From Octopus sinensis (Eukaryota): a DNA stretch of 16,191 bases. The stretch lies in NCBI RefSeq assembly GCF_006345805.1, contig NW_021824044.1, positions 1 through 16,191 on the forward strand, given 5' to 3'. The notes below the pieces were generated by a model. The model was not told the origin of the DNA. It did no database searches and was given only the letters and a program-made list of their open reading frames with translations. Shown here piece after piece: positions 1-9,590 of the stretch (position 1 is its first letter; each line of letters starts with the position of its first letter). The translations under genes and the position numbers were made by a program.

Positions 1-385
1 AAATACCTTATAAACACCTTCCACGCTGCAATTGTTTCTGTTTCAGCACACGATCTCAGATATCAGGTCACTTGCTACGCAAGTACATTTCCGTAATATA
101 TATCTATATATAGTGTGGCTTAGGGTTCCATATCCAGGGTTGAATATCTATCCATTCGCGCACACACAAGCGTATATCTATTTATCTATTTTTTTTCTAT
201 CTCTGTACCCAACCATCTACGTATTAGCATATACGCATGTGTGTACATACATGCGCACAGACACACTCACTCTCGCATATACACATATACAAACCCACAC
301 ATTCTATACATACATATATACAATATATGCATTATCTAACAACTTCGATTCATTTAGCTTAATATTTTCTAGTTTCGCTTTCACT

Positions 386-432
386 TTCTCTCTCTCTCTC
401 TCTCTCTCCCACCTCCCTCTCTATCTATCTCT
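386..432. repeat. (TC)n/(TCTA)n microsatellite
   Basis: Direct reading: ctctctctct... followed by ctatctatct. Confidence 0.9.
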
Positions 433-643
433 CTTTGTGTCTTTCTGTATATGGGTGTGTGTAAGTCTGCGAGTATTTTTTTTTCTATGTGCGTGTGTAC
501 AGACAGATGTACATACAAATGTTTACAGCTGTGTATGTAGCCAAATACACATCTATAATTGTATACAGTTATTATAAGCTGTCCATCTTGTAATATACGG
601 TTTGAAAGGCTCTTATCTTGCAACTCATGTATCATTGACAAGT

Positions 644-863
644 ATTATATATATATATATGTATAATATACACACACATATATAATTATATATATATATA
701 TTAACGGATGACTGAACCTCAGCGACGGGGTAAAGATGTAAGCAGGTACCACACACACACACACACACACACACAATATAGATATATAGATATATGTATC
801 TATGTATGTATGCATATATTGTAATATATATATATATACATTATATAATATATGTATATATAT

Positions 864-931
<68 letters not shown>

Positions 932-968
932 GTATGTATATGTATGTATATATATATGTATGTATGTA
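644..968. repeat. Compound (TA)n/(AC)n/(TATG)n microsatellite with a short unique interruption (about 703-750)
   Basis: Direct reading; source of the spurious IY/YI ORFs at 645-1050. Confidence 0.95.
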
Positions 969-1192
969 CTCGATATCTCTGTACAATTATTGAATGCCGT
1001 GTCAGCTTGCGAAGCTGAATACAACATACACATAACATGCCACAGAACATGAATTAATTAGTTTTCTATAACAATTTATTCCTAATCTTTCTGTAAAAGC
1101 AATGATCATGATTTCAACCTGGTTAGGTCTCAACAGCTTCGTTGCGGTTAGACTGTTTATAGATTAGTCAATAGCTTTAATAAATTCTTCAT

Positions 1193-1710
1193 GTGATGTT
1201 AATTTATAATAAGTGAGGGAAGGAAAATTAGATAATGCACCATACAGCGTATGAATTTATTAATTTTTATGATATAAGGTTATATTTCAAGTTCAGTGAA
1301 AGCGCCTGGTTTGGTGCATAGGGAGATGTCTTCACGATCGTAGGGTTGAGGGCTCCATTCATGCACCAGATGGCGCTGTGTGATGAGTGAGGGGAAGGGA
1401 AATTGGATAATAGAGCGTATAAATTTATTAAATTTTTTTATTATATAAGGTCATATTTCTAGTTCGTTGAAGGTGCGTGATCCGGTAGTTAGGCTATTGT
1501 GTTCACGGTGATATGGTCGAGGGTTCCATTCCTGCGCCTGGTGGTGTGCTGTGATGTTAATTTAAAATGAGTGAGGAAAGGAAAATTAGATGATACAGGG
1601 TATGAATTTATTAATTTCATATTAGGTTATATTTCTATTTCAGTGAACACACGTGACCTAGCGGTTAGGTGGTTGGATACATGATCTTAGTGGTTCGTGG
1701 TTTCGATTCC
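1193..1710 (+). repeat. Three diverged tandem units (187 and 171 bp periods), each an AT-rich spacer plus a tRNA-like SINE head
   Basis: gtgatg(ttaattta..aat.)agtgagg.aagg.aaatt.gat.at recurs at 1193, 1380 and 1551; ...aggt.atatttc.a.ttc..tgaa recurs near 1278-1300, 1448-1471 and 1624-1647. Each is followed by a decayed A-box/B-box head (B-box-like gggctccattc 1350, gggttccattcc 1521, ggtttcgattcc 1699). Confidence 0.85.
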
Positions 1711-1795
1711 TGAACAGGGTGACTCGTTGTACATTTGGCCAAGGCACATCATTTCCTGTTGGTCCACTCTACACAGCTGAAAATGAATACCAGCT
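1647..1795 (+). mobile_element. Decayed tRNA-derived CORE-type SINE (5' half), related to the 3695-3953 copy
   Basis: gtgacctagcggttagg...atgatc...ggtttcgattcctg...gttgtacatttggccaaggcac...gtccactc...cagctgaaaatgaatac aligns with 3705-3841. Confidence 0.75.
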
Positions 1796-2258
1796 TAGTA
1801 CTGCTGGAACACCCTTTTTGTTCTCTCTCTCTCTTACTTACTCACACACACACTCTCTCTCCCGTCTCTCTCCCTCACTTTTTATTCCTCCCTCTCCTTC
1901 GAGATGTCACATCTTCGATGATTTGCTAGCTCACCTTTCTGATTTTCTTCTTTGTTCACCTCACTTTCTCGGTTCTTCATCTCACATTCCTCCTGTCCCT
2001 ATTCTTCACCTTCAGTATATCCCTTATTTTCCATTCGGTGATAAAGGGCTACGGCGTACAAAGTTTAGAATCCGCAAATTTTTTTTTATACCAATTAGTT
2101 TTTCTAAAATAAACTATTACCATTTTTTACGGAATCAGGTTTTTGCGCCATTTTAATAATATATGTTGTAATAATAGACCCATCCATACATAATGAAGCG
2201 GTATTTTAATGCTGACAGCGGAAGTTTCTGCTCAGAAACTGTGGCTAATATGTTAGAT

Positions 2259-2432
2259 TATGTATGTATGTATGTATGTATGTATGTATGTATGTATGTA
2301 TGTATGTATGTATGTATGTATGTATGCATGTATGCATGTATGTATGTATGTATGTATGTATGTATGTATGGATGGATGGATGGATGGATGGATGGAGTAC
2401 GTATGGATGGATGGATGGATGGATGGATGGAT
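2259..2432. repeat. (TATG)n (2259-2370) followed by (GATG)n (2371-2432)
   Basis: Direct reading. Confidence 0.97.
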
Positions 2433-2460
2433 TCATGATGGCTGGCAGGTTGTCAGGCTA

Positions 2461-2861
2461 GATGAATATATATTCGTACATTCATACATAAATACATGCA
2501 TTCATAAATGTGTACGAACGTGCGTATATATCCACACAAACAGTCACTATGTTAAACACAAACTGTTATGTGGGACTACAAGAAAAATACATTCTCTGGC
2601 TGGAGAGAGAGAGAAAGAGAAAGCAATCATTTTGTGCACGTCGTTCGGCACAGATGATTCGTTTATAGTGATCAGATGTTCGTTCCCGCACGTTAGCTCA
2701 CTCTCACTGGCTGGCTGATTTGATGAATATATGTTCATACGGTTATACAGGAATACATGCATTCATACATGTGTATGGGTGGACGCAAATATCCACCCAA
2801 ACAGTCAGTAGGTTAAACAGAAACGATCACATATTGTTGAGTGGGACCACAAGAAAAATAC
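2461..2861 (+). repeat. Diverged direct duplication (2461-2590 vs 2722-2861)
   Basis: Shared blocks gatgaatatat, aatacatgcattcata, atgtgta, atatccac.caaacagtca.ta.gttaaaca.aaac and gtgggac.acaagaaaaatac occur in the same order in both copies. Confidence 0.85.
2604..2706 (-). mobile_element. 5'-truncated SINE 3' end, identical to 6684-6786, flanked by 8-bp direct repeat ctggctgg
   Basis: 2603-2705 equals 6684-6786 base for base (103 bp); ctggctgg at 2596-2603 and 2707-2714. Confidence 0.8.
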
Positions 2862-3020
2862 CTGTTCTATTGTGGAAATCAGCTGTTGTCCCGACTCTTA
2901 TGCAGTCAGAAAAATATCAATTGTCTGTTGAATGTGTATGGACCATTGATAAGGAGACTGCAAAGCCAGTACCCAAGATACTTTTCCTCTCTCATACCTT
3001 TTATCATTAGAGCAATAAAG

Positions 3021-3210
3021 GGCAGCGAGCTGGCAGAATCGTTAGGGTGCTGGACGAAGTGCTTAGAGGTATTTCGCCCGTCGCTACGTTCTGAGTTCAA
3101 ATTGCCACCGAGGTCAACTTTATCTTTCATCCTTTCGGGGTCGATAAATTAAGTACCAGTGAAACACTGGGGTCGATTATAATCGACTAGTCCCCACCCC
3201 AGAAACTTGT
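3021..3210 (+). mobile_element. tRNA-derived SINE with Nin/Deu-like central domain
   Basis: A-box-like tggcagaatcg 3031-3041, B-box-like gttcaaattgcc 3095-3106, then ctttcatcctttcggggtcgataaattaagtaccag. The same family recurs at 10058, 10221-10607, 10856 and 12048. The Nin/Deu assignment is from recalled motif resemblance. Confidence 0.85.
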
Positions 3211-3229
3211 AGAAATTAAAAAATGAAGA

Positions 3230-3478
3230 GACATACATACATACATACATACATACATACATACATACATGCATACATGCATACATACATACATGCATAC
3301 ATGCATACATGCATACATACATACATACTTACATGCATACATGCATACATACATACATACATACATACATGCATGCATACATACATGCATACATACATAC
3401 ATGCATACATGCATACATACATACATACATACATACATACATACATACATACATACATACATACATACATACATACAC
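3230..3478. repeat. (CATA)n microsatellite with CATG variants
   Basis: Direct reading. Confidence 0.97.
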
Positions 3479-3694
3479 ATCTTGAGTAAAGCATGGCTGA
3501 ACTTTGGACTTTGAGGAGAGAATGCAAATCCTTAATTGATGCATTAGCAATGATCCCGATATCTGGGTCTGTAAAAATATGCAAGACTTCCTTAAGGTTT
3601 AAAGGATGATGGTTAAAGCAAAATGCTTTCCTTCTCAACCTTGCTACAAAATGGGTGGCCGGTCAAAAATTTACTTTAAATTATAAAGAGAAAG

Positions 3695-3953
3695 GTGGCG
3701 GCGCGTGGCTTAGTGGTTAGGGTGTCAGCATCATGATCGTCAGATTGTGGTTTCGATTCCTGGACCGGGCGACGCGTTGTGTTCTTGAGCAAAACACTTG
3801 ATTTCAAGTTGCTCTAGTCCACTCAGCTGGCAAAAATGAGTAACGCTGCGATGGACTGGCGTCCCGTCCAGCTGGGGAACACATACGCCACGGAAACCGG
3901 GAAACCGGGCCCAGGAGCCTGGTTAGGCTTTAAAAGGGCGCATTTATTATTTG
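3695..3953 (+). mobile_element. Full-length tRNA-derived CORE-type SINE with 13-bp TSD
   Basis: A-box tggcttagtgg 3706-3716, B-box ggtttcgattcc 3749-3760, CORE-like gttgtgttcttgagcaaaacactt, then gcgatggactggcgtcccgtccag and gaaaccgggaaaccgggccc, and a T/A-rich tail. Flanks tataaagagaaag (3682-3694) and tataacgagaaag (3954-3966) match 12/13. Confidence 0.92.
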
Positions 3954-3972
3954 TATAACGAGAAAGAGAAGA

Positions 3973-4264
3973 ACATACATGTATGCATACATACATACAT
4001 ACATACATACATACATACATACATACATACATACATACATACATACATACATACATGCATACAGGCATACATGTATGCATACATACACACGTACATACAT
4101 ACTACATACGTACAGAATGTTTATATACGTGTACAAAACACCTTTCCCTGCTTTTAAGAACATTTGTTCCTTCTTCGATGTTATAATCGTAATTCTCATC
4201 AGTATTATCATAATCATTGCGCACGCATACACATACACATGTATACATACATACATACATACAT

Positions 4265-4299
<35 letters not shown>

Positions 4300-5100
4300 T
4301 ACATACAAAAATACATACATACATAAATGCATACATACATACATACATACATACATACATGCATACATACATACATACATACATGCATACATACATACAT
4401 ACATACATACGTGCATACATACATACATACATGCATACATACATACATACATACATACATACATGCATACATACATACATACATACGTGCATACATACAT
4501 ACATACATGCATACATACATACATACATACATACATACATTACTACATGCATACATACATACATACATACATACATACATGCATACATACATACACATAC
4601 ATACAGGCATACATACATACATGCATACATACATACATACATACATACATGCATACATACATACATACATACATACATGCATACATACATACATACATAA
4701 ATGCATACATACATACATGCATACATACATACATGCATACATACATACATACATACATACATTCATACATACACACAAACATACATTCATACATACAAAC
4801 ATACATACATGCATACATACATAAATGCATACATACATACATGCATACATACATACATACATACATACATACGTGCATACAGACATACAGACAGACAGAC
4901 ATACATACATACATACATTCATACATACATGCATACATACATTCATACATACAAACATACATACATGCATACATACATAAATGCATACATACATACATAC
5001 GTGCATACATACATACATTCGTGCATACATACATACATACATACATACATACATTCATGCATGCATACATACATACATACATGCATACATACATACACAC
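3973..5100. repeat. Long (CATA)n array with CATG/CAGA/CATT variants, interrupted by a unique AT-rich segment (about 4110-4225)
   Basis: Direct reading; source of the MYVC/HTYI ORFs. Confidence 0.97.
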
Positions 5101-5342
5101 ATTCAATGGTGGAACAGTTCTGAGTCTATACAAGACTTGAATAAACTCTAGCATGTGGTTCCTCTACCTAAAGTTAATATTGTCTAAAACTCCAATTAAG
5201 CGCCTTTCTTCTATCCCCACCTCACCCTTCTTCCCCACCAACCCCAAAACCAACTCTTATCCTAACACCTAGCTTCCACACCAGTCCTAACCCCAAATTC
5301 TTTCCTTAAAAACCGGTTCCTTGGTTTATTGCAGAAATTAAA

Positions 5343-5686
5343 ACACACACACACACACACACACACGCATACACGCACACACGCACATAGAGGCGCGCAC
5401 ACAAACATGCACACACACACCACACACACATGCATATATCTATATATCAAATGAGGGTTGTATGTAGATACAATAGAATATGTGCATATGTCTGTGTGTA
5501 TGCGTGTATACGTATGTTTGTATATGTATATATGTACGTATGTATATATGTACATATATATGTATATATGTGTATATATATATATTATATATATGTGTGT
5601 GTGTGTGTGTGTATATATATGTATATATATAGATTTTTATAATATATATGTATCTATATATATTATATATATATATATTAATACAG

Positions 5687-5717
<31 letters not shown>

Positions 5718-5747
5718 TATATATATTATATATATTATATTTATATA

Positions 5748-5801
<54 letters not shown>

Positions 5802-5900
5802 TATGTATGTATATTTATATGCATATATGAATACATATGTATGTGTATATACGTACCTATTGTATGTATGTATGTTTGTATAAATGAATGTATGACTGTA
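5343..5900. repeat. Compound (CA)n/(TA)n/(TG)n microsatellite region
   Basis: Direct reading. Confidence 0.93.
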
Positions 5901-6144
5901 TGTACATTTGCACATGAATGTATGTATGCTAGCGTTCATAGAGAGGCAAGCATTGGCAGGTCATGTCAAGCGTATCAAGAGACTATTTGCTGTTTATACA
6001 TGGCTAATCAGGAAAGCGAACAGAAACCTTAAAGAAATTGTGTTTGGTCTCTTCCGTCCATTTAGTTAGTCGCCATATTGTCAAACATGCCGCTAATCTA
6101 ATCTCTACGTAAGAACCTCTGTGCATGAAGCTCTACGGCGGTCT

Positions 6145-6198
6145 GTTGTGGTTGTTGTTGGTGTTGTTGTCGTTATTGTTGTTGCTGTGTTGTTGTTT
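6145..6198. repeat. Imperfect (GTT)n
   Basis: Direct reading. Confidence 0.85.
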
Positions 6199-6218
6199 AA
6201 CCCCAGGTCAATCATCAG

Positions 6219-6703
6219 TGAGAGAGAGAAAGAGAGAAAAAGAGAAAGAGAAAGAGAGAGAGAAGTAGGGATAGAGTGAATGAGAGGGAGAGGGACAGAC
6301 AGAGCGAGATAGTTAGAGAGAGATATAGAGGGAGGGAGAGAGGAAGCGAGCGGGGCAGAGAGATGGGAGAGGGAGGGAGAGACGGAGAAAGACACAGAGA
6401 GGCACAGAGAGAATGATAGAGATAGAGTGAGTTAAAATGAGGCACAGGGAGAGAGAGAGAGAGAAAGAGAAAGAGAGAAAAAGAGAAAGAAAGAGAGGTA
6501 GCGATAGAGTGAATGAGAGGGAGAGGGACAGACAGAGCGAGATAGTTAGAGAGAGATATAGAGGGAGAGAGAGAGGAAGCGAGAGGGGGAGAGAGACGGG
6601 AGATGGATGGAGAGACCAAGAAAGACACAGAGACATAGAGAGAAAGGTAGAGATGGAGTGAGTTAAAATGAGGGACAGGGAAAGAGAGAGAGAGAAAGAG
6701 AAA
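6219..6703 (+). repeat. Polypurine (GA-rich) tract made of two about 232-bp tandem copies
   Basis: gatagagtgaatgagagggagagggacagacagagcgagatagttagagagagatatagagggag at 6270 and 6503; gttaaaatgagg at 6431 and 6662. Confidence 0.9.
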
Positions 6704-6966
6704 GCAATCATTTTGTGCACGTCGTTCGGCACAGATGATTCGTTTATAGTGATCAGATGTTCGTTCCCGCACGTTAGCTCACTCTCTCCTTGAAGTCGAC
6801 GTTGCCTGAACAGGTGCACGGTGTACCACGTGTCAGGTGTCGAAGTGATCGCTGAGCAAAGTGAGATGGAGTGTTTTTGCTCCTGAAACACAACGCACGA
6901 CCCAGTCTAGGAACTGAAACCACCATCTCGCAATTGCTAATCTAACACCCTGACCACTAGGCCACA
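6684..6966 (-). mobile_element. tRNA-derived CORE-type SINE with a distinct 3' body and (TC)n tail
   Basis: The reverse strand reads gtggcctagtggtcagggtgttag...ggtttcagttcctagactgggtcgtgcgttgtgtttcaggagcaaaaacact, the same head and CORE as 3695, then an unrelated body ending in ttctctttctctctc. Confidence 0.8.
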
Positions 6967-7050
6967 TACAAACACACATACACACACATACATATATATA
7001 TGTATAGATACACACACACACACATATATGTATGTATGCATATGTAGAGT
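6965..7050. repeat. (CA)n/(TA)n microsatellite
   Basis: Direct reading. Confidence 0.9.
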
Positions 7051-7416
7051 TGTATACAAATGGGTCTTCCCACGCTTGCTGATCAATTGTTTTGTCTCAT
7101 TTTGTCTCAAAGTCGTAAGACGCCCCCGTATCATTCCTGTTTTTATTCGTTACTATTTCCAATTTTATCTTCGTCTCTTGTTTTCCTATTCGTCTCGGTT
7201 GTCACATTCATTCTTTCCTTCTACCAAGGAAATCTAATGCCCATAGCTTAGCTTTTCCTTGGGGCTGGCCTTTTCGGAGCAAATCTCAGAATTAAACAGC
7301 CGAAATTTGCCATGATGAATCGGTTTCTGACTGAAGAATGAAGGCTCTGAATTACTGTCCGTTTTTCCGTGTTTGTCAATTCGTGAATTTCACGTTCTTT
7401 ATATATAAGTTTTATT

Positions 7417-7690
7417 CTATATATGTATGTATACATATATGTATGTATGTGTGTATGTATGTACGTATGTATGTATGTACGTACGTATGTATGTACGTAT
7501 GTATGTATGTATGTACGTACGTATGTATGTATGTATGTATATATGTATGTATGTATATATGTATGTATGTATACATATATGTATGTACGTATGTATAGAT
7601 GTATGTATGTATGTATGTGTATGTATGTATGTATGTATGTATGTATGTATGTATGTACGTACGTATGTATGTATGTATGTATGCATATAT
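7417..7690. repeat. (TATG)n array with TACG variants
   Basis: Direct reading. Confidence 0.97.
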
Positions 7691-7966
7691 GGAAACATGG
7701 GTGGTTCGTTCAACATCCTTAAACAACCCTTATTCAGGGACCTTTTGAGCGGGATGGGTTACTCAACCTGAAGAAAATTCTAACTGGGCCCCCACCTGCA
7801 AGTTCATGCGCTGTTTATCTTGATATGAGATCACCATGTCGCGCACATATGGTTGTGATGCATATGCCTAGTGTACCCTTATCAGATGGTTAGTCATGAT
7901 GGGTATACTGGGCTTCGTATATTTTACCCTATTGTCACTTTGATGGCATGCACTGCTCTCTCATTC

Positions 7967-8032
<66 letters not shown>
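7691..8032 (+). mobile_element. Probable 3' end of a non-LTR retroposon with (AAT)22 tail
   Basis: A 275-bp complex segment ends abruptly in a perfect (AAT)22 at 7967-8032, the usual LINE/SINE tail architecture. No A/B box or ORF seen; family unassigned. Confidence 0.5.
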
Positions 8033-8033
<1 letters not shown>

Positions 8034-8159
8034 TAAAAAAATATATATATAATGTGTGTGTATATGCGTATATGTGCGTGTGTATTTGTATGTGTGTGTG
8101 TATGTGTGTGCGCGCTATAAACACCAAGATACAACACCAGTAAAATGTCCACTACACTA

Positions 8160-8630
8160 CCAATAAGAATAACAATAACAACGACAACAACAACAACAGC
8201 AATGACAACGACGACAGTTACAAAATAGACATCAGCATCATCGGTATCAGCATCATCATCATCATCACCATCAACAACAACAACAGCCAATAACGGCGGT
8301 AAAATAATATCCACAATAACAGCAACAGCAACAATAATCACACCACCATCGTTGATAACAACAATAACAACAACAGCAACAACAAAATCTACATAGTCAT
8401 CAACAACAACAACGACGACATGAACAACATTCAAAGTAATAAACAACAGAAGCAACACGAACAATAAACAGTTATTATGGGCGGAAAGAAAGAAAAAGAA
8501 ATATGGCGGCCGACATAGCAACGAAAATAATTAATTTGATAACAATGAGTACAACAGCATCTAGTAGAACAACAACAATAGCTACAACAACATCAGCTAC
8601 AGTTCTTCAACACTATCATCACTACAACCA
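8160..8630. repeat. Degenerate (CAA)/(CAG)/(CAT)-rich trinucleotide low-complexity region
   Basis: Direct reading. Confidence 0.85.
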
Positions 8631-8639
8631 GTATACTTC

Positions 8640-8995
8640 TCATCTTCTTCTTCTTCTTCTTCTTCTTCTTCTTCTTCTTCTTCTTCTTCTTCTTCTTCTT
8701 CTTCTTCTTCTTCTTCATCTTCTTCGTCTTATTATTATTATTATTCCTCCTCCTCCATGTCATCATCATCATCATCATCTTCTTCCTCTCCTCCTCCACC
8801 TCATCATCATCATCTTCTACTTCCTCCTCCTCCTCCTCGTCATCATCTTCTTCTTCCTTCTCCTCCTCGTCGTCACCATCATCATCTTCTTCTTCCTCCT
8901 CCTCCTCCCCCCCTCGTCGTCATCATCATCATCATCTTCTTCTTCCTCCTCTTCCTCCTCCTCCACCTCGTCGTCATCATCATCATCTTCTTCTT

Positions 8996-9026
<31 letters not shown>

Positions 9027-9076
9027 ATCATCATCATCATCTTCCTCTTCTTCTTCTTCCTCCTCCTCCTCCTCGC

Positions 9077-9108
<32 letters not shown>
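8640..9108. repeat. In-phase mosaic of (CTT)n, (CAT)n, (CCT)n, (CGT)n and (ATT)n
   Basis: Direct reading; near-perfect (CTT)n at about 8644-8716. Confidence 0.95.
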
Positions 9109-9384
9109 AGAACAATAGCTAAGGCAGTAACAACAGCTACAGCAACCGCACTTCTACCGTCACCAGAACGGCCAATGTCATATGTCGCCATTATGGTCTG
9201 AAAATTAGATGGAATGGTCACGACAGGAATGTCTCTGAACACAAGTCAGTCAGATGAGAGCTGGCAGACAGGCCCAAGAAGAACGCAATAACTGCGTCCA
9301 ACAACATCACTTTAGTCACCATCACCAACAACAACACCAAAACCACCATCACCATCAAAGCAGCTGCCACCGGTTTTCTTGTGA

Positions 9385-9437
9385 AGATGATGATGATGAT
9401 GATGACAACGACGACGACGACGACGACGCCGATGACA

Positions 9438-9474
<37 letters not shown>

Positions 9475-9590
9475 CGATGATGGTGGTGGTGGTGGTGGTG
9501 GTGGTGGTAATGATGATGATGATGATGATTATGATGATGATGATGATGATGATGATTGTGGTGGTGGGGATGATGACGATGATCAGCAAC
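9385..9590. repeat. In-phase mosaic of (GAT)n, (GAC)n and (GGT)n
   Basis: Direct reading. Confidence 0.95.

Noticed and set aside
1-96. Possible right end of a TA-targeting DNA transposon (...ttccg|ta before (TA)n), or a small exon after tttctgtttcag
   Set aside because: Truncated by the window edge, no partner TIR visible and only weak donors; cannot be supported from this sequence.
1002-1018. Perfect 7-bp hairpin tcagctt-gcg-aagctga (overlaps GCGAAGC)
   Set aside because: Too short to be significant in 16 kb; no CTRR end to suggest a Helitron terminus and no T-run.
1193-1710. CRISPR-like alternation of repeat and spacer
   Set aside because: Units are 170-190 bp, both parts are homologous between units, the context is eukaryotic and there are no cas genes.
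2906-3010. EEKYLGYW on the minus strand resembling an RT KYLG motif
   Set aside because: A single 4-aa motif with no neighbouring RT motifs.
3481-3690. Protein-looking short frames on both strands (KEVLHIFTDPDIGIIANASIKDLHSLL; MAELWTLRRECKSLIDALAM)
   Set aside because: No recognisable motif and no convincing donor/acceptor pair; needs a homology search.
3695-3775. Possible tRNA gene (also other A/B-box heads)
   Set aside because: Continues into a SINE body with tail and TSD; no clean cloverleaf or adjacent T-run terminator.
3930-5154. Long ORFs (374 aa MYVC..., 307 aa HTYI...) and all similar ORFs elsewhere in the window
   Set aside because: Pure translations of (CATA)/(TATG)/(TA) repeats that lack stops in several frames; no coding complexity.
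5225-5300. C-rich stretch with cctaac motifs resembling decayed telomeric repeats
   Set aside because: No tandem hexamers and no TIR similarity to the 15268 MITE.
5925-6135. Unique island with a roughly 46-codon open frame (LAFIERQALAGHVKRIKRLFAVYTWLIRK...)
   Set aside because: No splice signals or homology I can recognise; length within chance expectation.
7325-7365. Hammerhead ribozyme (CTGAAGA...GAA...GTC)
   Set aside because: GAAA is GAAT, stem II is weak and no stem I partner follows the GTC; at best a dead remnant.
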